Shown one piece after another: positions 52,801 to 64,000 of a stretch of 64,000 bases of DNA. The DNA is from Squalus acanthias (lineage: Eukaryota): NCBI GenBank assembly GCA_030390025.1, contig CM059433.1, positions 5,766,001 through 5,830,000 of the forward strand. The letters run 5' to 3'. Made by a program: the position numbers and the translations under genes. Within the stretch, counting starts at the first letter, position 1; every line of letters begins with the position of its first letter. The notes under the pieces were generated by a model, which saw nothing but the letters and a program-made list of their open reading frames with translations, was not told the DNA's origin and did not search any database.

Positions 52801-54228
52801 AGCGCCCCGGAATGGATATTGAGTGGCACCCGCTGCCTTACCGCCTGCCGCTAGCAATGACAGGTTGAGGGGAGCGTTTTGCAGTCAGGAAGGGACTGGG
52901 GGAGCGCTATTTAAAGGCGACCGCTTCCTGCCTTTTTTTGTTGGTGACATTTTTGAACCACGCATTCTGAGAGAGAGAGAGAGAAAGAGACTTCTGGAGA
53001 GATTCAACGCTGTGTGAAGGAGTTTTGGGTACTGAGCAGCACTTTGCAGGTTCATTTTGATTTGCCCTTCCTTGTATCGATTTAGAAGAGACTGTGGGGG
53101 TTGCACTCTGAGCTCTTTCCCTGGGCCTCTCCATTGTTCTTTCCAGCAGATTTGATGTACAGGTCTCTCCAGGCCGAGATTCAAGGCTGCAATGAGCAGG
53201 ATGTGGATGGAAAGCAAGATCAACCCTCCCCTTTAAGAACTGGTCGGCGCCATTGTGTCTGTGTTCCATTGCTGACTGACATCACATGAGCTTCGCCAGC
53301 GCTCTGAGTTAGCGCCTCGCTCCTCGGCCTTTGCGCCTTAAGACAGATGTGTAGCGCCTGATTTAGCGCTCCAATCACCTCCAGGGGCGATAAAAGTCAA
53401 GTTTGCAGTCGGAAGCGATAATTAACGCCAGGCGCTAATCTTTGCGCCCGGCCGATAATTGCGCCCCAAATGGGGCGATACTGAATTTCTCCCCCAATAT
53501 CTTTTAAATTGTGAGAAACTTTTAAATGTTGGTGTTCAGAGAGATTTGGGTGTCCTCGTGCAAGAAACACAGAAAGCTAGCATGCAGGTACAGCAAGCAA
53601 TAAGGAAGGCAAATGACATGTTGGCCTTTATTGCAAGGGTGTTGGAGTATAAGAGTAAGGAAGTCTTGCTACAATCATACAGGGCCTTGGTGAGACCACA
53701 CCTGGAGTACTGTGCACAGTTTTGGTCTCATTATCTAAGGAAGGATATACTTGCCTTGGAGGCGGTGCAACGAAGGTTCACTAGATTGATTCCTGGGATG
53801 AGAGGGCTGTCCTGTGATGAGAGATTGTGTAGAATGGGCCTATACAAGAAGTTTAGAAGAATGAGAGGTGATCTGAAGGGGGTTGACAAGGTAGATGCTG
53901 AGAGGTTGTTTCCCCTGGCTGGAGTGTCTGGAACTAGGGGGCATAGTCTCAGGATAAGGAGTCGGCCATTTAAGACCGAGATGAGGAGGAATTTCTTCAC
54001 TCAGAAGGTTGTGAATCTTTGGAATTCTCTGCCCCAGAGGGCTGTGGATGCTGAGTCTTTCAGTATATTCAAGGCTGAGATAGATAGATTTTTGGACTCT
54101 AGGGGAATAAAGGGATATGGAGATTGGGCGGGAAAGTGGAGTTGAGGTCGATGATCAGCCATGATCTTATTGAATGGCGGAGCAGGCTCGAGGGGCCGTA
54201 TGGCCTACTCCTGCTCCTAATTCTTATG
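49895..54228 (+). mobile_element. Near-full-length CR1 LINE (ORF1 SGNH esterase part, ORF2 endonuclease and RT, 3' UTR), disrupted and interrupted by a MITE
   Basis: VVVHVGINDIG..VIISGLLP..LNAWL (esterase); YLNAQSIRNK, GDFN, SDH (APE endonuclease); KSPGPDG, NYRPVSLTS, YLDFQKAFDKVPH, FADN. Confidence 0.93.
52599..53495. mobile_element. Non-autonomous Harbinger MITE inside CR1 ORF2
   Basis: TIRs GGGGGTGAAATTTAGT / ACTGAATTTCTCCCCC (14/16 match), perfect 3-bp TSD AAT (52596-98, 53496-98); the LINE resumes seamlessly. Confidence 0.9.
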
Positions 54229-54385
54229 TTCACCCCTCCACCCTCCTTTATCCCTCCAGCCCTCCACCCTCTCCACCACTCCACCCTCTGCCACCCTCCA
54301 TCACCCCTCCTCCACCCTTTTCCACTCTCCTTCACCCCTCCATCCTCCTCCACCCTCCTTCACCCCTTCACCCCTCCATTCCCAC
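54229..54385. repeat. C-rich low-complexity degenerate (CACCCTCC)n tract
   Basis: Directly visible; abuts the CR1 3' tail. Confidence 0.85.
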
Positions 54386-54709
54386 ATCATATTAAAAGCT
54401 AGCTTTAGAATTGTTGTCAAAAGCAGGAACCATTTGGAGTAAGATTTATGATCTAAAATGGCGAGACTGATTGTAGACCCAGTTAAATACATGGGGCTGT
54501 GTTTATTTTGAAGTGTGAGTACATGAAAGTTGTACTTTTAAATGAAATGAGCAAAACCTGGTTAGCATACTGCAGTTTGCAGAATTTCTTTTGCAGTGTT
54601 TTTACATCAGTTTCAGAAGGTATAAATTATTTTAAATAGCTAAGCTATGTTTAAGTCATCAAATAACTACTGGTGAATTTAAACACTGTCTTAAATTCAC
54701 AAAGATAAG

Positions 54710-55255
54710 TACAGATGTCAGGGAACACCATCATCTTCAAGTTCCCTTCCAAGTCACAGACTAACCTGACTTGGACACAGATCATCACGTCATCGCCACT
54801 GGGTCAAAATCCCGGGATTCGCTGATTCCCTCCCGAACACTGCAGCAACACTCCAAGGCTTCTTCGGCAGCACCTCCCAAACCCGCAACCTCTTCCACCT
54901 AGAAGGACAAGGGCAGCAGGCGCATGGGAACACCACCACCTCCAAGTTCCCCTCCAAGTCACACGCCATCCTGACTTGGAAATATATCGCCGTTCCTTCA
55001 TCGTCGCTGGGTCAAAATCCTGGAACTCCCTCCCTAACAGCATTGTGGGAGTACCTTCACCACACGGACTGCAGCAGTTCAAGAAGGTGGCTCACCGCCA
55101 CCTTCTCGAGGGCAATTAGGGATGGGCAATAAATGCTGGCCTTGCCAGCGACGCCCACATCCCATAAACGAATTAAAAAAAACATCACTGTGGGAGCAGT
55201 ACCGCCATAAAGACTGCAGCAGTTCAAGAAGCAGGCCAATGACCACCTCTTCAGG
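54710..55255 (+). mobile_element. Cluster of CR1-like 3' end fragments
   Basis: Matches 37190-37540; partial duplicates at 54715-54835 and 55185-55255. Confidence 0.8.
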
Positions 55256-55439
55256 GCCTCGCGAGCACCTGCACGTATTCCCAAGAACAAATATATAAGA
55301 AAAGGAGAGCGGCCTTTTGGTCCATCTAACTCATCCTTCCAGAGAAACCTACAATTTTCCTCCACCACAGCATCCAACTGCTTCTTGAATGACTCCATAG
55401 ATTGTGGGTTCGAGCTCCACTCCAGGACTTCAGCACATC

Positions 55440-56588
55440 GGGGTAGAGTTTCCGGGGCGCGAATTGCGCTGAAAATCGCGCAAGTTTCTCGAAGTGAGGT
55501 TATGGTTCAAGCTTCCGCTCAAACCTATTTGCATAATCACAAACGTAAAATCTTCCATGAACCAGCTCAATCGGGCAGCGTTTTAGAACATAATGTTTAT
55601 TTTCCCTTGCATTAAAAAATAATGGCCCGAAAATTAAACCTAAGACGCGAGAGTACGCACTGTGTACTCTCGCGTATTAGATCCCGAATTGCCGGTTTCC
55701 TGCATGCACTGCGCATGCGCGGGAAACCGGCACTTCGTGAATTGAAAAGGGGGCGGTTCCTAAGTGAACCACGTGCGCACTACAGGCTGTGCACACGCAG
55801 TGCACTTAGTTTTTATTTAGCTTTGAACGCGCAGGTAAGTGGTGAAGATTTTACACACAAAGAAAGCAGGCGTAGGACCCCCTTTTAACAAGGTAAGTAG
55901 TTAATTCAGTGTTATTTTAAATTTTTTTCAACAGGTTTATCTTTTTTAGAGACGTTAAAGAAAGGTAAGTTTATTTTTATAACTTTTAAAAAGATTTTAA
56001 ATTTTTTCAAAAATTTAAGTTTTTGTTTAAAGTGGTTAATTTATTTAACTATACTTATTTTATTAATGTGATGGCTTTTTTAAAAAATTTAATTGAGGTT
56101 TAGCTGTTCTTTTGGGGGATTCCTTGATATATTTAAGAGCGGTAACCTGGTGCAGTTTGATTAATACAGCTGACAGTGGGTTAATCACAAAAAATAAGCA
56201 CTTTTAATCAGTCCACCACCTGTGAGTTACCCGATTTTAAATTACTGAAAATGACTTTAAGAACTATACAGAACCATTGACTAGTTTCATTGGTGTACAC
56301 TAGTCAGTTTCTTAGTAAATGACAAGGTGCCTATTAGTGTCATTGCGCTTAAAAAAAGGCTTAATTTTAAGAGCCTCCTCGAAGGGCCACAAACAGGCAC
56401 AATTAGCGGAAACTCGCCCTGCTGACTCATTCGATCTGGAGGCGTGGCCAGTTTTGTGGGCGGGGCCAGCTTCCAACGATATGTTTCTTAAACCAGCGCA
56501 AAAGATCGCGGAAACGGCACGTAACTTGTGCTTGAAATTCCTCGATCTTTTGCGCTGGTTTGGCCGATTTGAGGCAAAACTCTACCCC
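55440..56588. mobile_element. MITE with perfect 12-bp TIRs GGGGTAGAGTTT (Harbinger-like)
   Basis: TIRs at 55440-55451 and 56577-56588; flanks ATC/ATA fit a mutated 3-bp TSD. Confidence 0.75.
55624..56120 (+). mobile_element. Hairpin-rich MITE, 3'-truncated, nested in the preceding MITE
   Basis: AAT|GGCCCGAAAATT start; highly similar to the reverse complement of 38310-38792. Confidence 0.78.
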
Positions 56589-56904
56589 ATAATCCAAGCT
56601 GACACTTCAGTGCCGTACTGAGCGAGTTTGCATTGACGGAGATTTTGTATGTTGGATAAGTCATTAAACCATTTGTTTGTAAAAAGAAATCCCATGAAAT
56701 TATTCGAAGAAGAGCAGGGGAGTTGTCCCGGTGTAATGGCCAACATTCACTCTTCAACCAACACCACCGAAAACTGATTAACTGGTTAATTAATCTGGTT
56801 GTTTGTCGGACCTTGCTGTGCGTAAAGTGACAACACTTCAAAATTAATTCTTTGGCTTGGGACATTCTCAGGACATGAAAGGCACTATATCAATTTTTTT
56901 TTAA

Positions 56905-57220
56905 ATTTATTCATTCATGGGATGTGGGCGTTGCTGGCAAGGCCAGCATTTATTGCCCATCCCTAATTGCCCTTGAGAAGGTGGTGGTGAGCCGCCTTCT
57001 TGAACCGCTGCAGTCCGTGTGGTGAGGGTACTCCCACAGTGCTGTTGGGTAGGGAGTTCCAGGATTTTGACCCAGCGACGATGAAGGAACGGCGATATAT
57101 TTCCAAGTCGGGATGGTGTGTGACTTGGAGGGGAACTTGGAGGTGGTGGTGTTTCCATGCGCCTGCTGCCCTTGTCCTTCTAGGTGATAGAGATCGCGGG
57201 TTTGGGAGGTGCTGCCGAAG
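56905..57220 (-). mobile_element. CR1-like LINE 3' end
   Basis: Reverse complement of 54860-55175. Confidence 0.85.
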
Positions 57221-59758
57221 AAAAATGCAAGTTCTTTCGCTCTGTAGCAGAGACAGTGGCCACTCTTAAAGTGCTTGGATGGGTGACGGTGACTCTTTGT
57301 TGGCTTTGCTTACGCCTCCATTGCTGACCTTGTTGAGGTCCAGGCCTGTCTCGGAAGTTTTGACTCTGTCAGTGCAATATAGCCAAGGCTCCTTCCACAG
57401 ACAGACTAATCAATGCAGAATTTCGCACCCGTACCAGAATTTCTACTGTCATTCTCCCCACCCCTTGTTATACTTCCTCAAATAGTTTTTCCTGCTGTAA
57501 TTAGTTTGGAGCCAGTGCTTGATGTACCAATCCCATTATCTGATCGGAATCCAAATGGTGTCAGGATACCAAGGATAGGATTCTCCTCTTCACTGGAGTA
57601 TGACGGTGAGGTGGGCCGTGGAGGGACCCTGTACCCTGAGACCGCTGAATCCCCGACCCATTTTTTTTGCAAGGCATTCTCCAGGGAGGGATCGCCACCA
57701 CGAGAGAGCCTACAAACTATCAGCAACCTGAAGATGTGGTAGTGCTGCAGCACCAGAAGATGTGCCAAGGGACCTTAAGAGGCAGAAGAACCAAAAGGTG
57801 AAGAAACCTACCAGTCTTGTAGGCCTCAGCAGATTGAGGCCTACAAAGGTAAGTGCTGGGTCTGAACAGGAAGTAGAGGAGGCCTCTCCTAGGCCCCCTC
57901 CCTCCATTTAGAGAAATCGGGACCTTTTTCACAGCTACCCCGAGCCTACTAACACCTTTCACCATGCAGTCCCGGGGAGCAGCAGTAACAGGGATGGCCG
58001 CAGGAAAATCCACTGGGAACTCGAGGCCCAGGACCCGGCTCTCATTTACATGCAGCAGGTGGGGAAGAGCAGCCAGTGGGGGTCCTGGCGGAGGCAAGGG
58101 GTCGGAGCGGGAGCACAGCAAAAGGCTTTACCACCAATTTTGCCCCTTTTCTGCTGCTATCCTGGCCCATTAGGGAGGAGAAAGCAGAGGAAACCCCAAT
58201 CTCAAGCCTCTAATCCCCATTATGTGCATATTGTTAATCACCATTCATTTCACACCTTGTGCACTGAATAGTGTTGAAACGTGAAATGCACAGGGACTCT
58301 GTAACACCACGATTGGCAGCTCCTTAACCAACTGGTTTTTGCAATTTGGCAGGCTAATAAGCAAGGTGTAAAATGCATGAGGATTACTGAGCTCTAAATC
58401 AATGAAGATTTGTGTCACATTCAGATGCAGAACACCAATGACTGGTTTTGGGGTTTTTGAAACAATCCAACAGCTTCATGGTCAGCTTTTCATTGCCAGA
58501 TTTTTTAAATGATTCAAATTCTCGAACTGCCACTGTGGGATTTTAACTCACTTTCACTGGATTATTAAACCAGACCTCTGGATTACTAGTCCAGTAACAT
58601 AACCATTGCACTACCGTTCTCTTGGCAGGACTGGCTTTGGTACATCGGGTATTGGTTACTACTATTGAAGATCTAGTTGCCACGTATCACCGAACTATCT
58701 CACTTTGCTCGGTGAGACAGCCACGTGTTAAGCCACAACTATTACTGCAAGCGTCTGAGCAGTACATTTGGCATAGAGGCGAAACACAGCAAATTGCTTT
58801 GAAACATTTTTTTTTCTAAACAGCCACCAGTTAACTGATGTTTTTATACAGTATCTTTTTTAAATATATTTATTGTACTGAGATTGGGATGTTTCCAAAT
58901 CCCGAGCAGGTTTGCTGCAGGAACAACATTCTCATGCCACAGAATTTGGTCCGTTTTTAGTGCAGAAAGGGACCTTGAGCTGACGCAGAATTTTAGGGAC
59001 CTTGACTGTTTGCTTGGGAGCGCCTCTCTCCGACAGCCCAGAATCCTACACACACGAGCCTGCCTAATGAAGGGTGACACCAGCGGTGTTGGAGGGAGTA
59101 GCACATCTTTGTCTTGCTGTCTCCGCTCCACGGCAAAGTCCTTTGTCCTTTCCCGCCGACTTCTCAAGGATGTTAGGGCTCAAGACATTTCACATCCAGT
59201 CAAGTCAAGAGAGACAGGTCAGCATGTCCCCCAGAGTAGCAGTGGATACAGTGGCTTGAATCTATAAGTTTCTTTATGCTTAACCTTACAACTAGCACAC
59301 TCATGCTCTGCCAGGGCTCTGTCCGTCCGGCCAGAGGCAGAAACCCCTGGAGTCAACCACATCTTTGGAAGGTAATTGGGAGTTGGAGTCCAACTGTGCC
59401 ATTCAAGAGGTGGTAAAGAGTGAGTCTGCCCTTTTGAAATACCACTCGATCAGGCTGCCTGGATGTTTGAAACCATCGATTCAAGGGTCCCACAGAATTA
59501 AATGGGGCAGCTCCCAATACCCTTGCTTTATGGTGGAGCCCTTTGCTCTGGATTTCTCGAAAGTCACATTATTCAACTTTTGTGGGATTTGTTTTGCACT
59601 TCTCCCCTTTGGGCAGCTTACAAGGATGTCTGCCCAGATTTGCACAAGGGTTCCATTCATAAATGAACCTTATCGGTAGGTAGGTGGGACAGTCCAACTT
59701 TCTAGTCAAGTGTTTGGAGGAACGGGTCTCTGCTGACACGAGTCTGATGGTAACATAC

Positions 59759-59918
59759 CTGAGGGCTGGTCTGCAGTCAGTTTGGTCACAGAGACCTGTA
59801 AGGCAGAGAGCTTGGCTTTCATGTTGCGGATCCCATCAGTAAAACGGTTTTCCTGTCCTTTTAGGAATTGTTGCATTTGTCGGATGGCAGTTAGGACCTT
59901 CTGTCTGTTCAGGCAACC
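59759..59918 (-). CDS. FBLN7: Fibulin-7 exon 2 (N-terminal coiled coil), 160 bp; not in the ORF track
   Basis: TTGTGTAG acceptor, GTATGT donor; GCLNRQKVLTAIRQMQQFLKGQENRFTDGIRNMKAKLSALQVSVTKLTADQPS; phase 0-1 joins exon 3 in frame. Confidence 0.93.
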
Positions 59919-60251
59919 CTACACAATGAAAATAGGAGTGAATTGGAGGTTAGTTCTGACATTCACCGATTTCTCTGCAGCCTTTGACACGGTTGACCAC
60001 ATCACCCTCCTCCAATGCCTTTCCTCCTTGGTTTCACTGTTACCGATCGAATCGTAGCCAGAGCATCTCCAGAAATAGCTTCTCTTCCCTTCCCTAAAAT
60101 ATTACCTCAGAGTCCTCCAAGGATCGATCCTTAGCCCCCTCCTCTTCCTCACCTATATGGTGCCCCAGGTGACATCATCCAAAGACATAGGATCAGCTTC
60201 CACATGTATGCTGATGACACCCAGTTCTTCTTCTCCACCACCTGTCTTGAC

Positions 60252-60414
60252 CAATGTTCCCTTTAGTATTTTTTGGGTGCGCGGGCCCTTTAAGGGGCTG
60301 CGCAGCCCATTCATAATACCACACATGCGCGGTTTTTCCCGTTTAAAAGCCGGTGAGCCGGCTGCGCGGGAGCTCCAGAGCGTTGCACGGCCGCGCAGCT
60401 TAACGGGAACATTG
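60252..60414. mobile_element. 163-bp hAT-type MITE
   Basis: TIR CAATGTTCCC / GGGAACATTG; 8-bp TSD GTCTTGAC / CTCTTGAC. Confidence 0.82.
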
Positions 60415-60902
60415 CTCTTGACCCCTCCACTGCCTCTCTGTTGTCAGACTGCTTGTCCAACACCCAGTCTTAGATAAGCCTTAATTTCCTCCAGTTAAAC
60501 ATTGGGAACAAAGCCATCATCTTAGGCCCCCAACCAGAAATTCTGTACCCTTGTCACAAATTCCATCCCCCTCCCAGGCCACTGACTATTCGCAACATCG
60601 GACTCCCAAGCTGAGCCTCTGACCCCATATCCTCTCCATTGCAAAGACCGCCGCTGACCTCCATCTCCACCTCCATCATATACCTGCCTCCTGCCCTAAC
60701 TCAGCCCACCTGTCACTGAAACCCGATTCCATCTCTTTGCCAGCTCCAGCCTTAATTGCTCCAATACTCTGCTGGCCGGCCTCCCTCAAATCCTCCACTC
60801 TTTGTAAACTTCAGCTGCCCATGTCCTATCCTGTATCAAGTCCCGCTCACCCATCACTCTTGTCCTTGTCTACCTACATTGGCTCCCAGTCCTCCAATTT
60901 AA

Positions 60903-61079
60903 AAGCAAACTATGCGGATGCTGGAAATCTGAAATAAAAACAGAAGATGCTGGAAACACTCAGCAGGTCAGGCAGCATCTGTGGAGAGAGAAACAGAGTT
61001 AACGTTTCAGGTCGATGACCTTTCATCAGAACTGCCTGACCTGCATCTGCATATTTTGTTCCAGCCTTTTCTGTTTTTA
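60903..61079. mobile_element. Short fold-back insertion with 12-bp TSD (possibly Penelope-like)
   Basis: CCTCCAATTTAA at 60891-60902 and 61080-61091; the second half is a partial inverse of the first. Confidence 0.6.
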
Positions 61080-63814
61080 CCTCCAATTTAATATTCTCAT
61101 CCTTGTGTTTAAATCCATTTATGACTTTCTTCTCCCTCTCTATGTATCCTCCTCCAGCCCTACAGCCTCTTCCCTACCCGAACTCTCCGTTACTCTGACT
61201 CTGGCATTTTATTCATCCCCCTCCCCTTTGCCCCACCATTGGAAGCTATGCCTTTACCTGCCTGGGCTCCATGCGCTGAAAACCCACCTCTTTGACCAAG
61301 CTTTTGGTCACCCCCCATCCTAATATCTCTTTCTCTGGCGGGACCCATTTTTGTCTGATTATACCTTTGTGCAGCACCTTGGGATGTTTATCTACATTAA
61401 AAGCACTATGTAAATGCAAGCACACACATTAAGAAGAGTACTATTTATTTTAACAATTTCATCGAAAAAAATTAAATAGTCACCAGAACTTTGCCTGTTG
61501 TTTTGGTAAAGATACTTATTTTGTTATCCTCATGAAGACGGTCCTTCCCTGGCAGAGCTGCCATTGACGGGGAGTATCCTGTGCTCCTCTGTAGGAAACA
61601 TCAGAAGCCACAACTTCAGACTAGCTTGGGAGCCGCCAGATCCCAAAGATGCATCTATAAACTGTACCAGGCCCATATGGCTGTGGGCAGCTCTCAGGCT
61701 GGTTTAACGGTGCATCTCTTCCCCCAGGGTTCTTTGTCAGTGAGGTTACCATCCAGCCTAACAAGGAGCGATCTTCAACCTGAGGTCTCCAGGCGCATAA
61801 TAAAAGCGAGAGAAAATTCTGCTGAAACGTAGAAAGGCCATTTGACCCATCGCGCCCATTCCTTCCACAGCCCACTTACAATCTGCCCAATCATGGACTG
61901 CCCCAACAGGTTAACCTTCTGTGGCATTAATTCGGCACAATTACTCCCAGATTCATAAAAGTGATCGAGTGAAACTCCAGAATGTTTATCTATCCTCAAA
62001 TATCAACTCCTCAATCCTGACCTGCTGCCCTCTCAAGCAACAATACTCCCCAGCTCCCCAATCCCAGCTCCAACAGCAGAAGATCTATACGTATCTCATG
62101 GAGAATTTGCTCATCTCAGTTCATCACCAGACGTTTTTCCAATTCTTTTTTGGAGGACTGATTAACACAGCAGCCTCTGTGTTTTCTGGGAGTCTTTCTG
62201 TGGGGCAGAAAGAAAACCACCTGAGGGGGAAAAAAATGACCACTGCCTCTGTCTCATATGTATTTGCACAGGCTGCTTTTAATGCCATTCCATATCAACA
62301 GCAAGAATAGATGGCAGGAAGGATGCGGTTGACAGGACAGTGGGTTGTCTGTACAGGGCAGGATGTGGCATCAGATGCTGACAAAATCCAGCAGCAAGTT
62401 TGCCAGCAGTTTACACTGGCACATGGCTGCTATGGGACTAGGGGCTGGCGCTGATTAGTGCCAACTTAGAATATTTAATTCAGGCAATTTATACTAGTAA
62501 ACCCAGGGTAGATTTCAGTAAAACGGACTCAACTCCATTTACCATTATTAACATACTGTAAATTGCTCTGAGAATACAGTTAAACTCCAGTCTCAGTACC
62601 GTAGCCACTACAACAACAACTTGTATTTATAATAGCGCCTTTAAAGTAGTAAAACTCCCCAAGGCGCTTCACAGGAGCGTTATCAAACAACATCTGACTA
62701 AAGCACCAGAGTGTCCCAGATTGTTTATCTTTATTGTCTTTTTAGCTTTCAGGATTCCTGAATTAATGTCAATTCATAGAATCATAGAATAGTACAGCAC
62801 AGAAGGAGGCCATTCGGCCCATCGAGTCTGCGCCAAGCAGATTTGCTGACAAGTCAGTGCTGTGGGCTGATGGGTTGAAACGCTCTGAAACTCATTTTAT
62901 AAGACACCTGGCAGCTATTAGAGAGAAGAGTTTCGACCCGTTTGCCTGGGCTGGATTGACGTAGCGCACTCCCTATACGTTTCCTTGTAAGTGGTGAAGG
63001 AATATGGTGGAGGACTTGCAAATTAAAAATTGGCAATTGAAAATAAGAAAGTAAGCAAATTGTTCATGTTTACATTCAGGAACAGTAAGGCAGTGATTAA
63101 TTGGGTTCCTTTTGTTTGACGTCAGCTGAAGTGATGATGTTGAGAGCTCGCTGATAGGGGTGTAAGGTCAGGGGTTGATCAGGTGCATTTGAAAGGAGAC
63201 AGGCGGCAAAGCAGCATCCCTCTAAGAATGGACAGTAATGGAATGATACAAAGATACAAAATGATTGCGTGCGACCAGCAGGTGGAAACGGTGGGACCTT
63301 GAGGAATGGGGAACATGAGGAGCAACAGAGGGAGCAGTAGAAGGGGACAAAAGAGAACAGAAAGGTTACCGCACAAGGGGTGGACATTCTGAGACTGGTC
63401 AGAAGGTGGAAAAATGGGTGTCCTCAACGCATATGGTCTTCAGTCATATGGACCTAGGAAGTACCCAGGTTCAGTACCTGGTCTGTGCTGAGTTAACGGA
63501 TTTCAGCCAGGTTGGTCTCAGTACCACCAGACTGAGGAGAGGAAATACAGCCAGGTTTCCCCCACTTCAACGCTTTCCACTTGTCCCGGCTGGGAAGTGC
63601 GCATGTGTGTATGTTGCTTGAAGACAGGATCGAGCTTGCGTGTATTGTCCCCACAGTAAACTAGCCGGCCGCTACACACTGCCCAGGCTTGTACTCGGGC
63701 AACATAAAGGACAATAGTCGATAAGGTATTCCCTCATGAGCTAACATCTTCAGTAGAGGAGGGGAGAAATTGGGGGTGGAATATGGAAAGCAGAGAGAAG
63801 AAAAGTAAGAAGAA

Positions 63815-64000
63815 GCATAAATTACAAAGCGATATTAACCGATTAAGTGAATGGGCAAAACTGTGGTAAATGGATTTCAATATAAGGCAAGTGTAAGGAC
63901 CTAAAAAGTATAGATTAGAGTACTTTCTAAATGGTGAAAGGCTAGAAGCAGTGGCGGTCAAAGAGACTTGGGGGTCCATGTACGTAGATCATCAACAGGT
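63815..64000 (+). mobile_element. Degenerate CR1 RT fragment
   Basis: LQSDINRLSEWAKLW..F; EYFLNGERL..RDLGVHV. Confidence 0.7.

Larger units (their letters stand above)
55400..56892 (+). mobile_element. DeuSINE-like SINE split by nested MITEs (pieces 55400-55439 and 56589-56892)
   Basis: GTGGGTTCGAGCTCCACTCCAGGACTTCAGCAC | ATAATCCAAGCTGACACTTCAGTG rejoin as in 33118-33180. Confidence 0.72.
59960..61420 (+). mobile_element. Old L2 LINE fragment with two insertions
   Basis: DFSAAFDTVDH, PQGSILSPLLF and YADDTQ remnants; LKTHLFDQAF 3' end. Confidence 0.8.

Noticed and set aside
58844..59679. ORFs of 100-127 aa near exon 2
   Set aside because: No recognisable domain or convincing splice boundaries.
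61879..62425. Candidate FBLN7 exon 1 (MPQKVNLLGQSMIGQI|GTAAGT; or MCQCKLLANLLLDFVSI-stop)
   Set aside because: Neither gives a signal peptide with a suitable open frame and donor; exon 1 probably lies beyond the window.

Overview
Vertebrate genomic DNA, most likely a cartilaginous fish (shark), judged from its CR1/L2 LINEs and DeuSINE-type SINEs. Left part (1-26108): a head-to-tail tandem array of a composite 4.5-5.0 kb unit (five complete copies plus partial copies at each end). Each unit holds two CR1-type LINE 3' fragments, a scrambled antisense CR1 and a truncated hairpin-rich TIR element. A 200-N assembly gap follows (26109-26308). Right part: coding exons 2-8 of a fibulin-7 (FBLN7) gene on the minus strand; the signal-peptide exon 1 was not found. 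Its introns contain a decayed two-gene PIF/Harbinger transposon, several related MITEs, a hAT MITE, a near-full-length CR1 with esterase ORF1, L2 fragments and SINEs. Most notable: the hairpin-rich MITE family has compensatory stem changes, NRF1-like motifs and three GTAAG donors, and both rearrangement junctions of the array fall at its hairpin loops. Exon numbering and gene assignment rest on recalled similarity to mammalian FBLN7, not on a database search.
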